Shown here one piece after another: positions 19,797 to 29,919 of a stretch of 64,000 bases of DNA; the first letter of the stretch is position 1; each line of letters opens with the position of its first letter. Under the pieces are notes generated by a model. The model made no database searches. It was not told the DNA's origin and worked only from the letters and a program-made list of their open reading frames with translations. Location of the stretch: positions 283,393 through 347,392 of the IMG/VR virus record IMGVR_UViG_3300042879_006196. One strand, written 5' to 3'. The translations under genes and the position numbers were made by a program.

Positions 19797-22622
19797 GTGT
19801 GGTATCGGTATTGCAGATTAATTATAGCGAAAAAAGAACATATAATTGCCAAAATTTACAATCATTTTAGGGAAGAATATGAAAATTCTCCAAATGATTT
19901 ATATATTCTTGATGATATAAAAGAAAAATTATTAAAATTAGATGAAATAAATTTTTTTGATCAAAACATAATTGAATTAAACACTGATAAAAACACTAAT
20001 AAAAAAACTGTTAATTTTTTAGGAAAAGTTTGTGAAAGTTTAACTGATTTAGCAGAAGCTGTTGATCCCGTGTACGATGAAGTAATGTACAAAAAAGAAT
20101 ATAAACAAGAAAAGAAAAAACAACAAAGTTTACAAGCTTTAGAGTTTATTGCTGGAGAAGTTCAAGTATATCCCTGCAATGATGTCAATGATACAATAAG
20201 ATTTGGAAGGGGTACCACTTGGTGCATTTCTCAACCTGGTACAGGTATTAAAGCTTATAACTCATACAGACTTAATCACCAATCTACTTTTTACTATGTG
20301 CAAGATGGAACAAGAACAGACAATTTGAAAAGAGTGATGGTAGATATGCAAGCAAACGGTGTTGTCAAACTCACTGATTTTGGTAACACCACTGGTACAA
20401 TAGCTGAATTTGGTACAGATTGGCAAGCATATTTTGACTATTTGAAAGAAGAAAAAGAAGTAGATATTTCTCAATTTGTTAATAAACCATTAACAGAAGA
20501 AGAAAAAAAAGAAATCAATACACTTAGTGAAAGAAACACCGATTACGAATGGTTTAAAAAATTATCATCAGATTATAAATCTAAATATATTGGCATGGGT
20601 CATCTTTTGTCTGATGATCAACTAAGATATATTTTGAAAAGTTCTTTGAAAGACATTTTAATTCGGGAGTACTTGAATACAGGTACCTGTATTACAGAAA
20701 GCCAAAAAAATATGTTATTTACAAATAATCAATACAAAAATACTTATGAGTTTAGAAGAACAAATTATATTAATGAAATAAAAGCACAAGTTACTGAAGA
20801 TTACAAACTTAAAAATTTAGCACTGGGTTCAAATGATTTCGATTTAATCACAGAACTTATAAATGAAGGAAAAATTACAAAAGACCAATTCATGAAAGTT
20901 CAGTCTCCTGAAATGTTCTTTTTTTTGATGGATCAAGATTTTGATAAAAAGCGTTTAGTTGAATCTAATGCAGAACATAATTTTACAATTGACTATTTAA
21001 GTTCATTGCCTGCAAACGAGAGCAAAAATCTTTTATCTGGGGTTCTTTTAAGTAATCTGGCTGCAATTAGAAAACTTTATGCTAATGGTATGATAACTAG
21101 CAATAATATAAATTGGTATGCCGTATTTATATGGAATTATGGATTTGAATTTTCAGATATCGAATTGTTTAGTAACTTGTATAAACAAAGTGTTTTTCAG
21201 GAAGATATCGATCAAAAATTGAAACAAACTGAAGTTAAAACTCAATATAAAGCAGCTTTTTACCTTTCCAATAATATTAAAACAGATAAACCAATTGATT
21301 TCGCAACTATATTATCTATAGGTATTGATGAAAAGCTTAAAGCTTTTTATTATCAATATTTTGATACCTTAACGCCAGATCAAAAAAAATATATTCTTGA
21401 TAGAGTATCTTTTGGTTATGGAAATAATAATTTCTTAATATCATTGGGTAAAAAAATAGATTCTCTTGATGAAAAAGATCTATTTAGAGTCATAAACTCA
21501 GCTGACGCACAAGCAATGTTTGCTTTATCAAAACAACTTGCAAAAAATGATTTGCAAATTTTGATCAACGATGATAAAGCAAGATTCAGTAATCAACTTA
21601 CCATACAATGGCTTTTAAGTAATAATTTTGATGTGCAAGCCAAGAATATGGATTTTGCAGCACTTTTTTCTTCTGATCATGAAATAGCAGATTTTGTTTT
21701 TGAAAAATTTGAAAACTTAAGTAGTGAGGAACAAAAAAAACTGTTTGGTAGCTTTTACGTCCAACCAAAATCTATTAAAGTAGCAAAATATTTATTTGAA
21801 AAAGGCGCATCTTATTTCTTAAGGTTTGTTACATTCGACATCATTGATGCAATAATTAGTTCTATGACTAATCTGCCTTATGAAGCATGGGATAATATTT
21901 CAGGTAATGAAAAAATTTATAACAACAACGAATTTATTATGAAGTATATACCAAATTTAATTGGTAAATTTAGTTTTGCATATAGTGCTCCGTTAAGATT
22001 TTTTGACCTTATCTTTGAGAAATTTAACAATTTTGAACGTAATCAAGATTGGATAGTAAGACAATTTTGTTCTCATAATAAATCTTGCAATGAACAAGTG
22101 GCAGAAAAATATATAAAAAAATATCCTAGCTTAAAAGAAGTTATTATTCAAGCTTTTGTGGATAATTATAGCGGTAAAATTCCTTCAGAAGATTTTATAA
22201 ATAAATATTACGATGAAATTTCAGAATTTATTGGTTATCTTTATCGCTATAAAAATTTTACTGAAGATTACATAAGAAAATTTGCTGACAAAATAAAATT
22301 TGATAGAGTTCTTATGTCAACAAAAAATTTATCAAATGAATTTTTTGTTGATTTTGAAGAAAAAATTGCTGAGATTCCTGATCGTGAAATGAATGATATA
22401 CTAGAAAATACAACGTTACCTGAATATTTTTTGAGTAAATTTGCACATAAATTTAATGATTATAATTGGCGCCAAATATCAAGAAAATTTCAATTATCTG
22501 AAAATTTTATTATAAAATTTGCAGATAAATTAGATTTTCAATATATTAAATATAATGAAAATATTCCAGACGTAGTGAAACAAAATTTAAAAGTAAAAGG
22601 ATATGCAGTTGATATATTATGA
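19797..22622 (+). CDS. Large MWY-initiated protein with a WCI domain and C-terminal ~22-aa helical repeats
   Basis: GTTWCISQPG..YNSYR..TFYYV; repeated LSExFIxKFxDK units. Confidence 0.65.
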   Translation: MWYRYCRLIIAKKEHIIAKIYNHFREEYENSPNDLYILDDIKEKLLKLDEINFFDQNIIELNTDKNTNKKTVNFLGKVCESLTDLAEAVDPVYDEVMYKKEYKQEKKKQQSLQALEFIAGEVQVYPCNDVNDTIRFGRGTTWCISQPGTGIKAYNSYRLNHQSTFYYVQDGTRTDNLKRVMVDMQANGVVKLTDFGNTTGTIAEFGTDWQAYFDYLKEEKEVDISQFVNKPLTEEEKKEINTLSERNTDYEWFKKLSSDYKSKYIGMGHLLSDDQLRYILKSSLKDILIREYLNTGTCITESQKNMLFTNNQYKNTYEFRRTNYINEIKAQVTEDYKLKNLALGSNDFDLITELINEGKITKDQFMKVQSPEMFFFLMDQDFDKKRLVESNAEHNFTIDYLSSLPANESKNLLSGVLLSNLAAIRKLYANGMITSNNINWYAVFIWNYGFEFSDIELFSNLYKQSVFQEDIDQKLKQTEVKTQYKAAFYLSNNIKTDKPIDFATILSIGIDEKLKAFYYQYFDTLTPDQKKYILDRVSFGYGNNNFLISLGKKIDSLDEKDLFRVINSADAQAMFALSKQLAKNDLQILINDDKARFSNQLTIQWLLSNNFDVQAKNMDFAALFSSDHEIADFVFEKFENLSSEEQKKLFGSFYVQPKSIKVAKYLFEKGASYFLRFVTFDIIDAIISSMTNLPYEAWDNISGNEKIYNNNEFIMKYIPNLIGKFSFAYSAPLRFFDLIFEKFNNFERNQDWIVRQFCSHNKSCNEQVAEKYIKKYPSLKEVIIQAFVDNYSGKIPSEDFINKYYDEISEFIGYLYRYKNFTEDYIRKFADKIKFDRVLMSTKNLSNEFFVDFEEKIAEIPDREMNDILENTTLPEYFLSKFAHKFNDYNWRQISRKFQLSENFIIKFADKLDFQYIKYNENIPDVVKQNLKVKGYAVDIL

Positions 22623-23132
22623 GCTCAAAATATGCTTTTTAAATTTATCTAAATCATCTTTGAAATATAAATTAAATATGGGGATTTTTTTATTCTTAGC
22701 TATTCTTAAAGCTTGCCCTGTTCCCCCTTGCCAATTTTCTTCATCATCTACTTCACAATAGCAGATAATAAAATCAGATTTTGTTCGGCAATTTTTACCA
22801 AGCACTTGATATGTGTTTCTCGCCATTAGTTTTTGTACGCCTTCACTTGTGCCAAATAAGTTTGGATGAAATTGAAAAGCAATTTCATAAGCTTTTTCAC
22901 ATTGTGCGTAGAGGTCAGAATTATTTCCATTGAAACCTTTCCAGGGGAGATAAATTTCTTTGAGCCCACAGGCTTTATCACAGCCTTTTTCAAATGCTTT
23001 ATCAGCTCCATCAGCCCCTCCTGATCTTAAAACATAACCTTTTTTAGCTAAAACAGCGCCAAGTTTTTCCATTATAACAAGAACGTTTTCTGGTGTTGAT
23101 CTTGACCCTATTCCTGCATAATATTTTTCCAT
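22617..23132 (-). CDS. SLOG/DprA-like nucleotide-binding protein
   Basis: YAGIGSR, LRSGGADGAD.AFE, ARN, GGTGQA. Confidence 0.8.
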   Translation of the reverse strand: MEKYYAGIGSRSTPENVLVIMEKLGAVLAKKGYVLRSGGADGADKAFEKGCDKACGLKEIYLPWKGFNGNNSDLYAQCEKAYEIAFQFHPNLFGTSEGVQKLMARNTYQVLGKNCRTKSDFIICYCEVDDEENWQGGTGQALRIAKNKKIPIFNLYFKDDLDKFKKHILSS

Positions 23133-23219
23133 TAATTTATATACGAAAAAAGAATTGTCATTTTTTATTAGAAATAGAAACTATACGATAAATTTATCGT
23201 CTAAAAAATAAGGTCAAAA

Positions 23220-23789
23220 ATGAAAAAAAAAATTTTTAAAATAATCTTTACTGTTGTAACCGTTTTTATGCTGGCATCAATTTCTTTTGCACAATTCGAT
23301 GGAGCTGATAAAAAACTCACTGTGGAATACAAAAATTCAGATGTGAGAGAAGTGGTGATTTCAATTCTGAAATCCGTAAATTTGAGCTACACTCTTTTTC
23401 CAGAAGTACAAGGACAAGTGACTGTATCAGTAAAGGACGTGCCTCTTTTAACAGTATTAGAGAACATTCTTCAGCAAGTGGACTGTACATGGTCTTATGC
23501 AGGTGGAGTTGTTGTTATCAAAAAAAGAGAATTACCTCCTACCGAACCACAATCTCAAGAAATTACTTCAACACAATCTGGAAAACCTGCAAAAGTAATC
23601 AGAAAACTTATCATTCGCAGTAGTGACCCTTTGCTTATTGCTATGCTGTTAAGTGGAAGCCAAAATTATTTTGGTTCACCTGAGCCAACACAATCTTCAT
23701 ATTCTTTTGGTGGCTTTGGAAACAATATGATGGGTGGTTTTGGTGGATTTAGTGGGCAGGGCGGTTTTGGAGGAAATAACCTTAGATAA
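23220..23789 (+). CDS. Exported secretin N-terminal (STN/N0-like) domain protein lacking a secretin barrel
   Basis: Signal peptide; DVREVV..I...VQGQVTVSVKDVPL..LENIL; Gly-rich tail. Confidence 0.65.
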   Translation: MKKKIFKIIFTVVTVFMLASISFAQFDGADKKLTVEYKNSDVREVVISILKSVNLSYTLFPEVQGQVTVSVKDVPLLTVLENILQQVDCTWSYAGGVVVIKKRELPPTEPQSQEITSTQSGKPAKVIRKLIIRSSDPLLIAMLLSGSQNYFGSPEPTQSSYSFGGFGNNMMGGFGGFSGQGGFGGNNLR

Positions 23790-23790
23790 A

Positions 23791-23815
23791 AAAGGCTTCC
23801 ATTATGGAAGCCTTT
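23791..23815. terminator. Bidirectional intrinsic terminator
   Basis: AAAGGCTTCCA-tta-TGGAAGCCTTT between convergent genes. Confidence 0.8.
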
Positions 23816-23819
23816 CAAA

Positions 23820-24143
23820 TTAGTTGTTTAGATTAGCTATCTCTTCAGCTTGCTCTAATGTATAAGAATCAACTAAGCCAAGTGCTGGTTGTTCCAGAGC
23901 TTCTGTCGCAGCTTTAACTTTTTCAAGTTCTGACAATATATTACTTAAGTGTTTTTCCACTTCTGTAAGTTTTGTCTCAGACCATGTGCCAGCTCTTCCC
24001 ATTAAAAAGTTCAAATTCATGAATTGTACTTTGTTGTGGAATTTGTTGACAATAATATCTATCTTGTAAACGTGCAAAAGCACTTCTTTTAATTTTTCGA
24101 CTTTTAATTTTTCGTCCATGTTTATTTTATACATTTTTTTCAA
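23820..24143 (-). CDS. Hypothetical protein
   Basis: 107-aa ORF ending at the terminator. Confidence 0.55.
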   Translation of the reverse strand: MKKMYKINMDEKLKVEKLKEVLLHVYKIDIIVNKFHNKVQFMNLNFLMGRAGTWSETKLTEVEKHLSNILSELEKVKAATEALEQPALGLVDSYTLEQAEEIANLNN

Positions 24144-24210
24144 AAGCTTAATTGTTTCTTAACATAATTAAGAAGATTATAGTAACCAAAAAATGTAAAT
24201 AAATAATGTT

Positions 24211-25242
24211 ATGCTAAAATCTAAAGCTTTCACTTTAATAGAGCTTTTGGTGGTAATTGCCATCATAGCCATTCTCGCCGCAATTCTGTTCCCTGTTTTC
24301 GCTCAAGCAAAATTAGCCGCTAAAAAAGCGTCTGATTTAAGCAATGTTAAACAAATGGGTCTTGGTATTACTTTATATACAGGTGACAATGATGATATGT
24401 ATCCTTCTGCTTACTATCACAGAGCTTTTAATCCTGCTCTTGGTGGAACCAACGCTGGATATATTCACTGGTCAGGCATGGTGATGCCTTATGTTAAAAA
24501 CGTACAAATGTTTGTATCACCTGGTGATACCATTCGTGGTCATGCTCCAACATGTTTCTCTTCAGCTGATAACAATAGTGGCGCAGGTGCTCCAGGCGGA
24601 CAGGCAGCAAACGTATGTACAGCTAACCCTGCAATTGTTCCACCTCAATTTGTACGAGGTGGTGCGATTGTGGATGAGCAAGTTCCCCGCATTTCTTACA
24701 CTGTTAATTCTTTGGTAATTCCTAGATACCGAAATATTGGTGATGTCAATAGAGGCATTTCTTTGGTGAGCCAAACTCAGTTGGATAATGTTTCAAACAT
24801 CATCTTGCTTGCTGGATTTACAAGAAATCTTCCCTGTCTTTCATCAGCTTCTATCACTTCAACGACTAGAAGTGCATCGCACCGATCAACCAATGCAGTC
24901 ACAAGAGACTCAGCAAATACTCAGGTTTATTTTGGTAGTCAAGAAGACGGGGCTTCACGACCTTCTAGTTTGTTTGCTCTGAATTGGAACAATCTTGCTT
25001 CTAGTAATATTTTCAATTTATGTGCAACAAATCCACGAACAGATTACCCTCTCATTGTGTATCATGGTTATAACAATTGGAATAACTCTGGTGATAATTA
25101 TGGCATGGCAGATGGTTCTGCTAAATATCGACCATTCAGACAAACAATTGCTCCAACAAACTATCTTTGGGGGACAAGAGCGTATACTGATGGCAATCTT
25201 CCTATCTTAGATCCAGTGTCTGGCTTGCCAGTGCAAGGTTAA
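24211..25242 (+). CDS. Prepilin-type N-terminal cleavage/methylation protein (DUF1559-like)
   Basis: AFTLIELLVVIAIIAILAAILFPVFAQAK...SNVKQMGL; C-terminal H...NYGMADGSAK. Confidence 0.9.
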   Translation: MLKSKAFTLIELLVVIAIIAILAAILFPVFAQAKLAAKKASDLSNVKQMGLGITLYTGDNDDMYPSAYYHRAFNPALGGTNAGYIHWSGMVMPYVKNVQMFVSPGDTIRGHAPTCFSSADNNSGAGAPGGQAANVCTANPAIVPPQFVRGGAIVDEQVPRISYTVNSLVIPRYRNIGDVNRGISLVSQTQLDNVSNIILLAGFTRNLPCLSSASITSTTRSASHRSTNAVTRDSANTQVYFGSQEDGASRPSSLFALNWNNLASSNIFNLCATNPRTDYPLIVYHGYNNWNNSGDNYGMADGSAKYRPFRQTIAPTNYLWGTRAYTDGNLPILDPVSGLPVQG

Positions 25243-25245
25243 TAA

Positions 25246-25267
25246 AAAGCCCTCAATTGAGGGCTTT
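25246..25267. terminator. Bidirectional terminator/palindrome
   Basis: AAAGCCCTCAATTGAGGGCTTT between convergent genes. Confidence 0.75.
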
Positions 25268-25721
25268 AAGCATCTTGAAAAACTAATTTTTGAATTCCAT
25301 CTTCCTTAACTGTTCCAACCTGAACAGCACCTGCAGAATTTATAAGTTGGTCTGCTCCTCCAGAAGATCGATTAATTTTTGAGCCATTACATGAAATATA
25401 TGGCAAATCTGGATAACCATTTGATCTCAGCCAATCTTTGAAAGCATTTGCATCTCCTGCGATAAGGTTTCCTCTTTCTCCAAAAACTAATTTTCCATCT
25501 TCAGTGCCGTGTAGCAACCAAATACTCCTTTGTGTTCCATCGCTTGTTTTGATTTGCACTTGTTTAGGTGGGTCATCAGGTCCCATAAAAAACTGACCTC
25601 CTACCAATTCTACTTCAAGCCTTCCTTCACTTCCTGAGGGAATCATTTGCCTATAAGAATTGGGATCTAATTCTTGAACATTAGGATTTTGTGAACTGAG
25701 TTTGCTGAATTTGTACCACAC
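25266..25721 (-). CDS. MWY-initiated hypothetical protein
   Basis: MWYKFSK; AGG-N31-GTG. Confidence 0.65.
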   Translation of the reverse strand: MWYKFSKLSSQNPNVQELDPNSYRQMIPSGSEGRLEVELVGGQFFMGPDDPPKQVQIKTSDGTQRSIWLLHGTEDGKLVFGERGNLIAGDANAFKDWLRSNGYPDLPYISCNGSKINRSSGGADQLINSAGAVQVGTVKEDGIQKLVFQDA

Positions 25722-25732
25722 AATTTATATTT

Positions 25733-26269
25733 TCAGCTAAAAAAAGTAAAATCCTTGTCGGTAAATTTTTCACATTCTTCAAAAGGTTTACCAAGTTTGT
25801 CTTTATCTGACACAATCTGAGGAAAATCTTTCCAAGGAATGTCAAGACTGTTGTAAAGTAAAGATCTGTCATTTTCTTGACAATAATAATTAGAGCATTT
25901 GTAATAAACCACGCTATTATCTTCTAGCGATTGAAATCCATGTGCAAAGCCTTCTGGAATAAATATAGCCAAATGATTTTCGCTTGATAATTCGATGTCA
26001 AACCATTTACCAAAATAGGGCGATTGCTCTCTTAAATCTACAGCAACATCATATATTTTTCCTGCCAAACAATACACTAATTTTGCTTGTGGAATTTGAA
26101 CTTGATAATGCATGCCTCTAATCACTCCTTGTTTAGAAATTGAACAATTATCTTGAACAAATTTAACAGGAAAAATTTTATCTTTATGCAAAAAAGTTTC
26201 AGTGAATTGTCCTCTATAATCTTGGAAACATTTTAAATTAACTATTTTAATTCCACCAAAAGGCTCCAT
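25733..26269 (-). CDS. rmlB-pathway rmlC: dTDP-4-dehydrorhamnose 3,5-epimerase
   Basis: DYRG.F, RGMHYQ, QAKLV, DVAVDLR, FAHGF, SDKD. Confidence 0.92.
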   Translation of the reverse strand: MEPFGGIKIVNLKCFQDYRGQFTETFLHKDKIFPVKFVQDNCSISKQGVIRGMHYQVQIPQAKLVYCLAGKIYDVAVDLREQSPYFGKWFDIELSSENHLAIFIPEGFAHGFQSLEDNSVVYYKCSNYYCQENDRSLLYNSLDIPWKDFPQIVSDKDKLGKPFEECEKFTDKDFTFFS

Positions 26270-26319
26270 ACACTATTTATACACCAGGAAAATATTGATG
26301 ATAAGTTTAAATTAATAAA

Positions 26320-27114
26320 ATGGATAGAATTTCAATGATCAAATGCTGCAATGATCTTGATAAAAATGGTTTTTTTAAAGAATCTGAGTTGATAGAAAAT
26401 TTCATAAAACTATCCGCTATGCCTTTAGGAAATGATTTAAAAGATACAATCAGGAATTTATTACCTCCCTCTGCAAAAGCAATCTTTGATAAATACTTAC
26501 CTCCTAAAAAAACACAAGCCCCTGCACCAAAACAAAACCAAAAATCACTAAGAGAGAAAATATTACAACAAAGAAACAATCCTCAAATACCTTGGGGTAA
26601 TTATGGCAAATTTAAAACAAAGCTTGAAAAGTATGAGGGCGGTTTATCTAATAGACCACTTAAAGATGACCCTGGTGGATTAACTAACAAAGGCGTGACA
26701 GATGTAACATATAACAGATGGAGAAAAAGTAAAGGGCTAGGATATAAATCTGTTAGATATATCACTGACGAAGAAGTTAATCTTATCACTAAAAACTTAT
26801 ATTGGGATCAAATTAAAGGCGATTTTATTCCTCATCCAATTGCAATAGTTTTAGCAGATTGGAAATTCCTTGGTGGTAGTCCTGTACAAGAATTACAAAA
26901 ATTGATTGGAGTAAGCCCTGATGGTTTAATGGGCACAGCAACTGTGAAAGCTTTGTGGAGATACACTGGTCGTGATAATGAAAAAGCTAAACAGCTTGCT
27001 TTGAAATTATTAGATTCAAGAGAAAAATATATGAGAAAACTTCCAAATGCAGCCACTAATGGAGGTTGGTGGATAAGATTGGATGACATGAGAAAAACAA
27101 TTAGGGCTTTGTAG
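26320..27114 (+). CDS. GH108-type lysozyme with an N-terminal phage helical motif
   Basis: EGG...DDPGGLTNKGVT, YWD, DG.MG..T, GW..R. Confidence 0.8.
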   Translation: MDRISMIKCCNDLDKNGFFKESELIENFIKLSAMPLGNDLKDTIRNLLPPSAKAIFDKYLPPKKTQAPAPKQNQKSLREKILQQRNNPQIPWGNYGKFKTKLEKYEGGLSNRPLKDDPGGLTNKGVTDVTYNRWRKSKGLGYKSVRYITDEEVNLITKNLYWDQIKGDFIPHPIAIVLADWKFLGGSPVQELQKLIGVSPDGLMGTATVKALWRYTGRDNEKAKQLALKLLDSREKYMRKLPNAATNGGWWIRLDDMRKTIRAL

Positions 27115-27262
27115 AAGTTTTTTTGAGTGCTTCGCTAATTTGTTTAAAAATCTCATCTATATCTTCTGGCTCAACATCCTCAAAAGTGTTGTCATTTAAG
27201 GTTATTGAAATTTTAACATTCTTGTCTTTTTTTCTAAATATATTTTTAATTTTTTCCCACAT
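27101..27262 (-). CDS. Small hypothetical protein, 53 aa (not in ORF track)
   Basis: MWEKIKNIFRKK...STKP*; starts 12 nt from the palindromic promoter at 27269. Confidence 0.6.
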   Translation of the reverse strand: MWEKIKNIFRKKDKNVKISITLNDNTFEDVEPEDIDEIFKQISEALKKTSTKP

Positions 27263-27284
27263 GATGTAATTGTACAATCATAAC

Positions 27285-27578
27285 ATGGAAAGTTTTCAGA
27301 AAGATAGAAATATTACTGAAATTCCCATTCACCCCACTTATGAAAAAAAAACTGATGGTCATCTTGAGTGGTATAATCATTTAGATTCTATTTACTTTTT
27401 TAAAAACCAAAATGAACTTTTTGATTGTTTTTTTATTATCTTGAACAAAAAAATTTATATATCCTATAATGTTAGAAATAATCTTTCAATAGATTTCATG
27501 AAATTTGTGAAAATCACCGCCCCCACTAATATCAAAGATAAAAAAAGAAGAATATATAAACCCACAAAATTAATGTAA
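27285..27578 (+). CDS. Hypothetical protein
   Basis: Start 12 nt after the G of TGTACAAT. Confidence 0.55.
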   Translation: MESFQKDRNITEIPIHPTYEKKTDGHLEWYNHLDSIYFFKNQNELFDCFFIILNKKIYISYNVRNNLSIDFMKFVKITAPTNIKDKKRRIYKPTKLM

Positions 27579-27597
27579 AAAAATTGTATAAAAGATA

Positions 27598-28101
27598 GTG
27601 ATGAATCAAATCTGTATCGCTAAAAAACTTTCATATAACAACGTCGAGTTTTTAGATTTTGCAATCAATTCGCAAGATCAAGACAAGCTAATGACTTTTG
27701 CCACTTACAAAGAGGCTCATGAATACTTAAAAAGTGAGGTTGAAAAACCTGAGGAATTGCTTGATTTCATAATTACAACTATTGACGCTCAAAAAGACAA
27801 TCCTCGAATGAAAGAGCTGTTGGCATTGGGTACTTCAAACCAAGCTCCAACTACTGCCACTCCTCCATCAGCACCAGTAGCTGATGTATCAAGCACCACT
27901 GAGGAAGTGGAATGTTATTTTCTTTTAGATTGTTCAAATTTTGAAATTCTTAATAATGATTCAATTATCGAAAGAGCGACCAATCGTCAGCTTATTCCTG
28001 TATTAGCTTTTGTTGACGCCACTAATCCAGAATCTTTAGTACAAGCTCCAAATTTCAAGCTCAAACAAGCATACATTGGTGTTGCTAAAGACCCTCAATA
28101 A
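27598..28101 (+). CDS. Hypothetical protein
   Basis: 167-aa ORF with Pro/Thr linker. Confidence 0.6.
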   Translation: MMNQICIAKKLSYNNVEFLDFAINSQDQDKLMTFATYKEAHEYLKSEVEKPEELLDFIITTIDAQKDNPRMKELLALGTSNQAPTTATPPSAPVADVSSTTEEVECYFLLDCSNFEILNNDSIIERATNRQLIPVLAFVDATNPESLVQAPNFKLKQAYIGVAKDPQ

Positions 28102-28104
28102 TAA

Positions 28105-29064
28105 ATGATTGAAGCCGTTGATGTAATTTTTGGTGCTTCTTGGGGAGACGAAGGTAAAGGGAAAATCTCCTCAAGAATTGCCAAAAACTATGATTATGTT
28201 TGTAGGTTTAATGGTGGCTCAAATGCTGGTCATACATTTTATGTCAATGACAAAAAAGTAATCACTCATGTCATCCCATCAGGAATTGCATTTAATATAC
28301 CATCAATCATTGGACCAAATTGTGTAGTTTGCATTGAAGAATTCTTTGCAGAGCTATCATATTTAGAGCATTTAGGCTTTAATCCTAAGCTAGTGAAGAT
28401 AAGTCCAAAAGCACATATTGTCACGCCTCATCATAAAGAACAAGATGCTAATTATTATTCAAAATTAATAGGTACCACTTCTAAAGGCATTGGTTTGTGT
28501 TATGCTGACAAGGCGCTTAGAACAGGTGTAAGAGCAGATACTGTTATGCCAAAGGAGTATCTCTGGGATGAAAAACTTGATGGTCATGTTCTTTGTGAGG
28601 GCGCACAATCGTTCTGGTTAGATATTAATCAGGGTTCATATCCTTATGTTACATCTTCAGAGTGTTTGCCATATGCTTCTTGTTCGTTGGGATTTTCTCC
28701 CAAAAAAATTCGTGACATTATAGCAGTAGCAAAAATGTATGATACACGATCTGGAGTGGATCCTTATTTTGATTTAGACGATGAAGAGACACAGTTGGTG
28801 GCTAAATTAGGAAATGAGTACGGAACCACCACAGGAAGAGCAAGACAGGTAAAATGGTTAAATCTTGATAAGTTGTCTTATGCTATTGAGAAAGCTGGCG
28901 CAAATATATTATATATGAACAAAGGCGATATTTTAGAAGAAGCAAAAATCTTTAAATTATATCATAATTCAGAATTATTGTCTTTCAGCGATATAGAAGA
29001 AATGAAAGCTTTTATACTTGAAAAAGTCAAAGAAGTTCAGATTGTGTGGGATTTTCAAGCTTAA
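28105..29064 (+). CDS. purA: Adenylosuccinate synthetase (short form)
   Basis: WGDEGKGK, GGSNAGHT, GTTSKGIG, EGAQ, YPYVTSS, EYGTTTGR. Confidence 0.92.
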   Translation: MIEAVDVIFGASWGDEGKGKISSRIAKNYDYVCRFNGGSNAGHTFYVNDKKVITHVIPSGIAFNIPSIIGPNCVVCIEEFFAELSYLEHLGFNPKLVKISPKAHIVTPHHKEQDANYYSKLIGTTSKGIGLCYADKALRTGVRADTVMPKEYLWDEKLDGHVLCEGAQSFWLDINQGSYPYVTSSECLPYASCSLGFSPKKIRDIIAVAKMYDTRSGVDPYFDLDDEETQLVAKLGNEYGTTTGRARQVKWLNLDKLSYAIEKAGANILYMNKGDILEEAKIFKLYHNSELLSFSDIEEMKAFILEKVKEVQIVWDFQA

Positions 29065-29082
29065 AATCCGTATATTAAATGT

Positions 29083-29919
29083 ATGGACATTAACGAACAA
29101 CTTTTTGAAATTAAAAAGCCCTATCTTAAAACTATCAATTGTCTCGACAAAGGTTTTGTCAGATTGGTGGATTGGATGGGTTCTGATCAAAGAATTGTTC
29201 AATCAGCTCGCGTGTCCTATGGCGATGGAACAAAAACTGTTCGTGAAGATAAAGGGTTAATTGATTATCTTATGCGACACGCACACACTTCGCCTTTTGA
29301 GCAAGTGAATTTCACTTTCCATGCTAAGATGCCAATCTTTGTGGCAAGGCAGATTGTCAGACACAGGACTGCCAAGTTAAATGAGATTTCAGGAAGATAT
29401 TCAATACTCAAGGACGAGTTTTATGAGCCCGATGTTTCTAGAATGGTAAAACAATCTAAAGACAACAAACAGGGCTCTTCTCAAGAATTACTTGAAGATG
29501 CTGAAAGCTTTCTGCAATCATTTAAGGATGAGCAATTTGAAATGTATGATAATTATGAAGAATACATTCAAGGTGGAATGGCAAAAGAAATGGCTCGTAT
29601 AAATCTTCCTTTGTCAATTTATACAGAGTGGTATTGGACTATTGATTTACACAATCTGTTTCATTTCTTAAAACTTAGAATGGATTCTCACGCTCAATAT
29701 GAAGTGAGAGTGTATGCAGACGCTAAATACAACCTGATAAAAGATATTGTGCCATTTGCTTGCGAATCATTTGAGCAACATGTGATCAATGGCAAAAAGT
29801 TTTCAAAAGATGAATTAGACATAATGAAAGAATTGATTCAGCACGAAGACATTAAAAGGTTAGCTGATCAAAGAAATTGGAAAGAATCTAAGGTAAATGA
29901 ATTCCTTAAAAAGATATAA
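29083..29919 (+). CDS. thyX: FAD-dependent thymidylate synthase
   Basis: HTSPFE, RHRTAKLNEISGRY, HAQYEVR. Confidence 0.95.
   Translation: MDINEQLFEIKKPYLKTINCLDKGFVRLVDWMGSDQRIVQSARVSYGDGTKTVREDKGLIDYLMRHAHTSPFEQVNFTFHAKMPIFVARQIVRHRTAKLNEISGRYSILKDEFYEPDVSRMVKQSKDNKQGSSQELLEDAESFLQSFKDEQFEMYDNYEEYIQGGMAKEMARINLPLSIYTEWYWTIDLHNLFHFLKLRMDSHAQYEVRVYADAKYNLIKDIVPFACESFEQHVINGKKFSKDELDIMKELIQHEDIKRLADQRNWKESKVNEFLKKI

Noticed and set aside
28105-29064. PurZ (2-aminoadenine genome) candidate
   Set aside because: Catalytic Asp is retained (GDEGKG, not GSTGKG), so this is PurA.
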